From Octopus vulgaris (taxonomy: Eukaryota), in assembly GCA_951406725.2 (NCBI GenBank), contig OX597835.1, forward strand, positions 17,856,001 to 17,920,000: a stretch of DNA of 64,000 nt, written 5' to 3'. A model generated the notes under the pieces. It was not told where the DNA came from, did not search any database, and saw only the letters and a program-made list of their open reading frames with translations. Position 1 is the first letter of the stretch, and every line of letters starts with the position of its first letter. Position numbers and translations under genes: made by a program. Of this stretch, positions 61,392 through 64,000 are shown one piece after another.

Positions 61392-63070
61392 ACAGGATGC
61401 GATGCGTCAGTTGTCGCCGCTTTATATATTTAAAATTTCATATATGTGCATCTTTTGTTTTTGATTTTGATGACTTTACAGCATAGTAACATCAGTTGGG
61501 TACCGTTTGTGAGAAAGACCTGAGCATCACGCAATTGGCTCTGCCATAAATTTGGTAACGATTCGCTGTACCACTTCGCATTCACGCCGGAAGCTCCCAT
61601 ATGAACATTTCAGAGTGTTTGTTTAACAATCTGAGGACAGTGCACGTGATTCGAAGAGAGTTGAATGAATCTAACGATGATTACGAAGGTACGGTATCTT
61701 GGGAAACACGCTGTGATCGTTCTGATAAGAAAAGGAATCCTAAATTTATTGATGACATCGAGACCATGATTGACAACAGCACCTCCAAGTCAAACAGGTC
61801 CATCTCCATGGACATAGGAGTGTCTGAATTTCTTATCAGGCAGATAGTGCATGAAAACATTCGGTATTCCTCATACAAGATGTGAAGTGGCCAATTTTTA
61901 TCCGAAGCCACAAAGGGCAAGTGGAAAGACTGAGCTACGAAGCTTTTGAACAAACTCGAGCATCCCCTTCAGCTGGACATGTTTTGGTTTTTCTCAGACT
62001 AGAAAAATGTCTGCCAGGATCAGAAGGTGAATACACAGGCGTAGAAGTGGCTCTGTGGTAAGTGGCTTGCTTACGAGCCACATGGTTCCGGGTTCAGTCC
62101 CACTGCGTGGCAACGTGGCCAGGTGTCTTCTACTATAGCCTAGGATCGACCAAAGTTTTGCAAGTGGATTCGGTAGACGGAAACTGAAAGAAGCCCGTCG
62201 TATATGTGTATATATATATATATGTGTGTGTGTATATTTGTCTGTCTCTGTTTGTATCCCCAACATCACTTGACAACCGATGCTGGTTTGTTGACGTTCC
62301 CCTACCTTAGCGGTTCGGCAAAACAGACGGATAGAATAAGTACTATGCTTAAATTGAATAAGTCCTGGGGTCGATTTGCTTGACTAAAGGCGGTGCTCCG
62401 GCATGGCCACAGTAATATGACTGAAACAAGTAAAAGACACAAACCAACTGTTGGCTTGCCGTTTCCCAAAAATGTGTACTAAGATTGAAAAGTATCAAAC
62501 TACCAGTCAACATAATGTTGTTTGGAGGTTTAACTATTGATGGCCACGTTAAGTTTCCCTTTATATTCCCACACGCCTGAGGCTCAACACGGAGGTCTAC
62601 CATCCGGAAGATGTAGTGCTACCTCGTGTTAAGAGGGTGGTTGCTGCAAGACTCAATATAGCAACATGACTCTACACTATGCCCCATGGCCAAGGAGACC
62701 CATTTATGGCTCTCAAACAATTTCTGCGACTACATCAGCCCTATAATTTGGTCACCTACCACCCTACAGTGCATAACCCTTGATTATTATATGTTGGAGT
62801 GCAGTTGAGAGAGAGAGAGAGGGAGAGTGTGTGAGAGAGAGAGAGAGAGATGGACTGAAGGCAAGGATTACGTTATCTTCAGCAATTTAAAACTGGTGAT
62901 CTTCCAGAAGAGTTGCAGTGAATTCTGAGCTTGTCTGGAAGATGTGGTTGAAGCCAATGACGGTTTTATTGAATAAATTTACTCTTAGTATTTCAGAATG
63001 TTCTTATGTAATTTTATTACATATATATCTGTTAAAATGAGATGACAGTGTTACTTAGACGACAACATGT
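61392..63070 (+). mobile_element. Decayed Tc1/mariner transposon, DD37D (maT-type), interrupted by a SINE
   Basis: HTH-like ORF 61601-61885, WFFSD, and QHDSTLC...WSPTTLQCITLDYY with 37 residues between the last two Asp. Many stops. TA-CAGG left end. Right end approximate. Confidence 0.82.
62037..62437 (+). mobile_element. Full-length SINE family K inserted in the DD37D transposase
   Basis: Complete head and tail. Transposase-like sequence resumes after it. Confidence 0.92.
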
Positions 63071-63076
63071 TCACCG

Positions 63077-63136
<60 letters not shown>

Positions 63137-63727
63137 ATGCATATATGTATGTGTGTGTGTGTGTGTGACAACGTACCCGCTAATCTGCCCACGTCGTCCA
63201 AGCATTCCTCGTCAAGCAAACCAGATGACTTGTTCGTCAGATTTCCTATTCTCCAGATTTCGCACCGTGTGACTTTTGGATATTCCTAAAGCTAAAATGA
63301 AAAGTAAGATAACACTCAAAAGGAGAAGATGTGAGTCAACAGAGGACATTAGGCAAAAATTCGAAGGCGCAGCCCTACAGCATCCGATAATGTGATTTAT
63401 AGAAATGATTCTAACAGTGATAGGAACGCTCACAGAAGTGTGCAGACTCCCAACGGGAAATATTTGAAGGACACTAAATCAAAATTGGCAAAAAGTTTGG
63501 ATACTTTTTGACTACACCTCGTACAAATGTTGCGGCGGTGAAGGCAATAAAACACACATATATATGCATTTGGGCGGCGTTGTGAGTGTTGGCAAAATAG
63601 TAGCAGTGGAATTGGTTAGTGTTTAATGCTTCGGTACATCTTGTTACATATCCTGGCAAATGAATTGTAAACTACTGCTCTTGCATTGAATAAAAGAGTG
63701 TAAATATCCAACATATTAAAATATACA

Positions 63728-64000
63728 CTCTTTTACTCTTTACTCTTTTACTTGTTTCAGTCATTTGACTGCGACCATGCTGGAGCACCGCCTTTAGTCG
63801 AGCAAATCGACCCCGGGACTTATTCTTTGTAAGCCCAGTACTTATTCTATCGGTCTGTTTTGCCGAACCGCTAAGTGAAGGGGACGTAAACACACCAGCA
63901 TCGGTTGTCAAGCAATGCTAGGGGGACAAACACAGACACACAAACACACACACACACACACATATATATATACATATATACGACAGGCTTCTTTCAGTTT
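63728..64000 (-). mobile_element. SINE family K, 3' part (cut by the window end)
   Basis: (CTCTTTTA)n CTTGTTTCAGTCATTTGACTGCG... Confidence 0.92.

Overview
This is AT-rich, repeat-dominated eukaryotic DNA with no host protein-coding exon that I can support. The tRNA-derived SINE families resemble those described from octopus, so a cephalopod origin is inferred from memory, not from a search. Almost all long ORFs in the track are translations of microsatellites or minisatellites. The real coding remnants are all from transposable elements: a Helitron PIF1 helicase fragment, a CR1-like LINE reverse transcriptase, two R4/Dong-like LINE fragments, an RTE-like LINE 3' end with C2H2 fingers, and decayed DD41D and DD37D Tc1/mariner transposases. 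The most interesting signals are: (1) several minimal type I hammerhead ribozymes, including a tandem pair 359 nt apart with a compensatory U3:A8 core inside a TSD-flanked 600-bp retrozyme/Penelope-like insertion (47753-48352); (2) an 8.7-kb segment bounded by Helitron termini that sits exactly in register inside a 29-bp minisatellite and carries a LINE (7812-16505); (3) a 3' tail shared by the LINE and a SINE family, with compensatory changes in its hairpin; (4) chimeric and concatemeric SINE insertions, each inside a single TSD. All calls were made by eye. Coordinates of degenerate elements are approximate.
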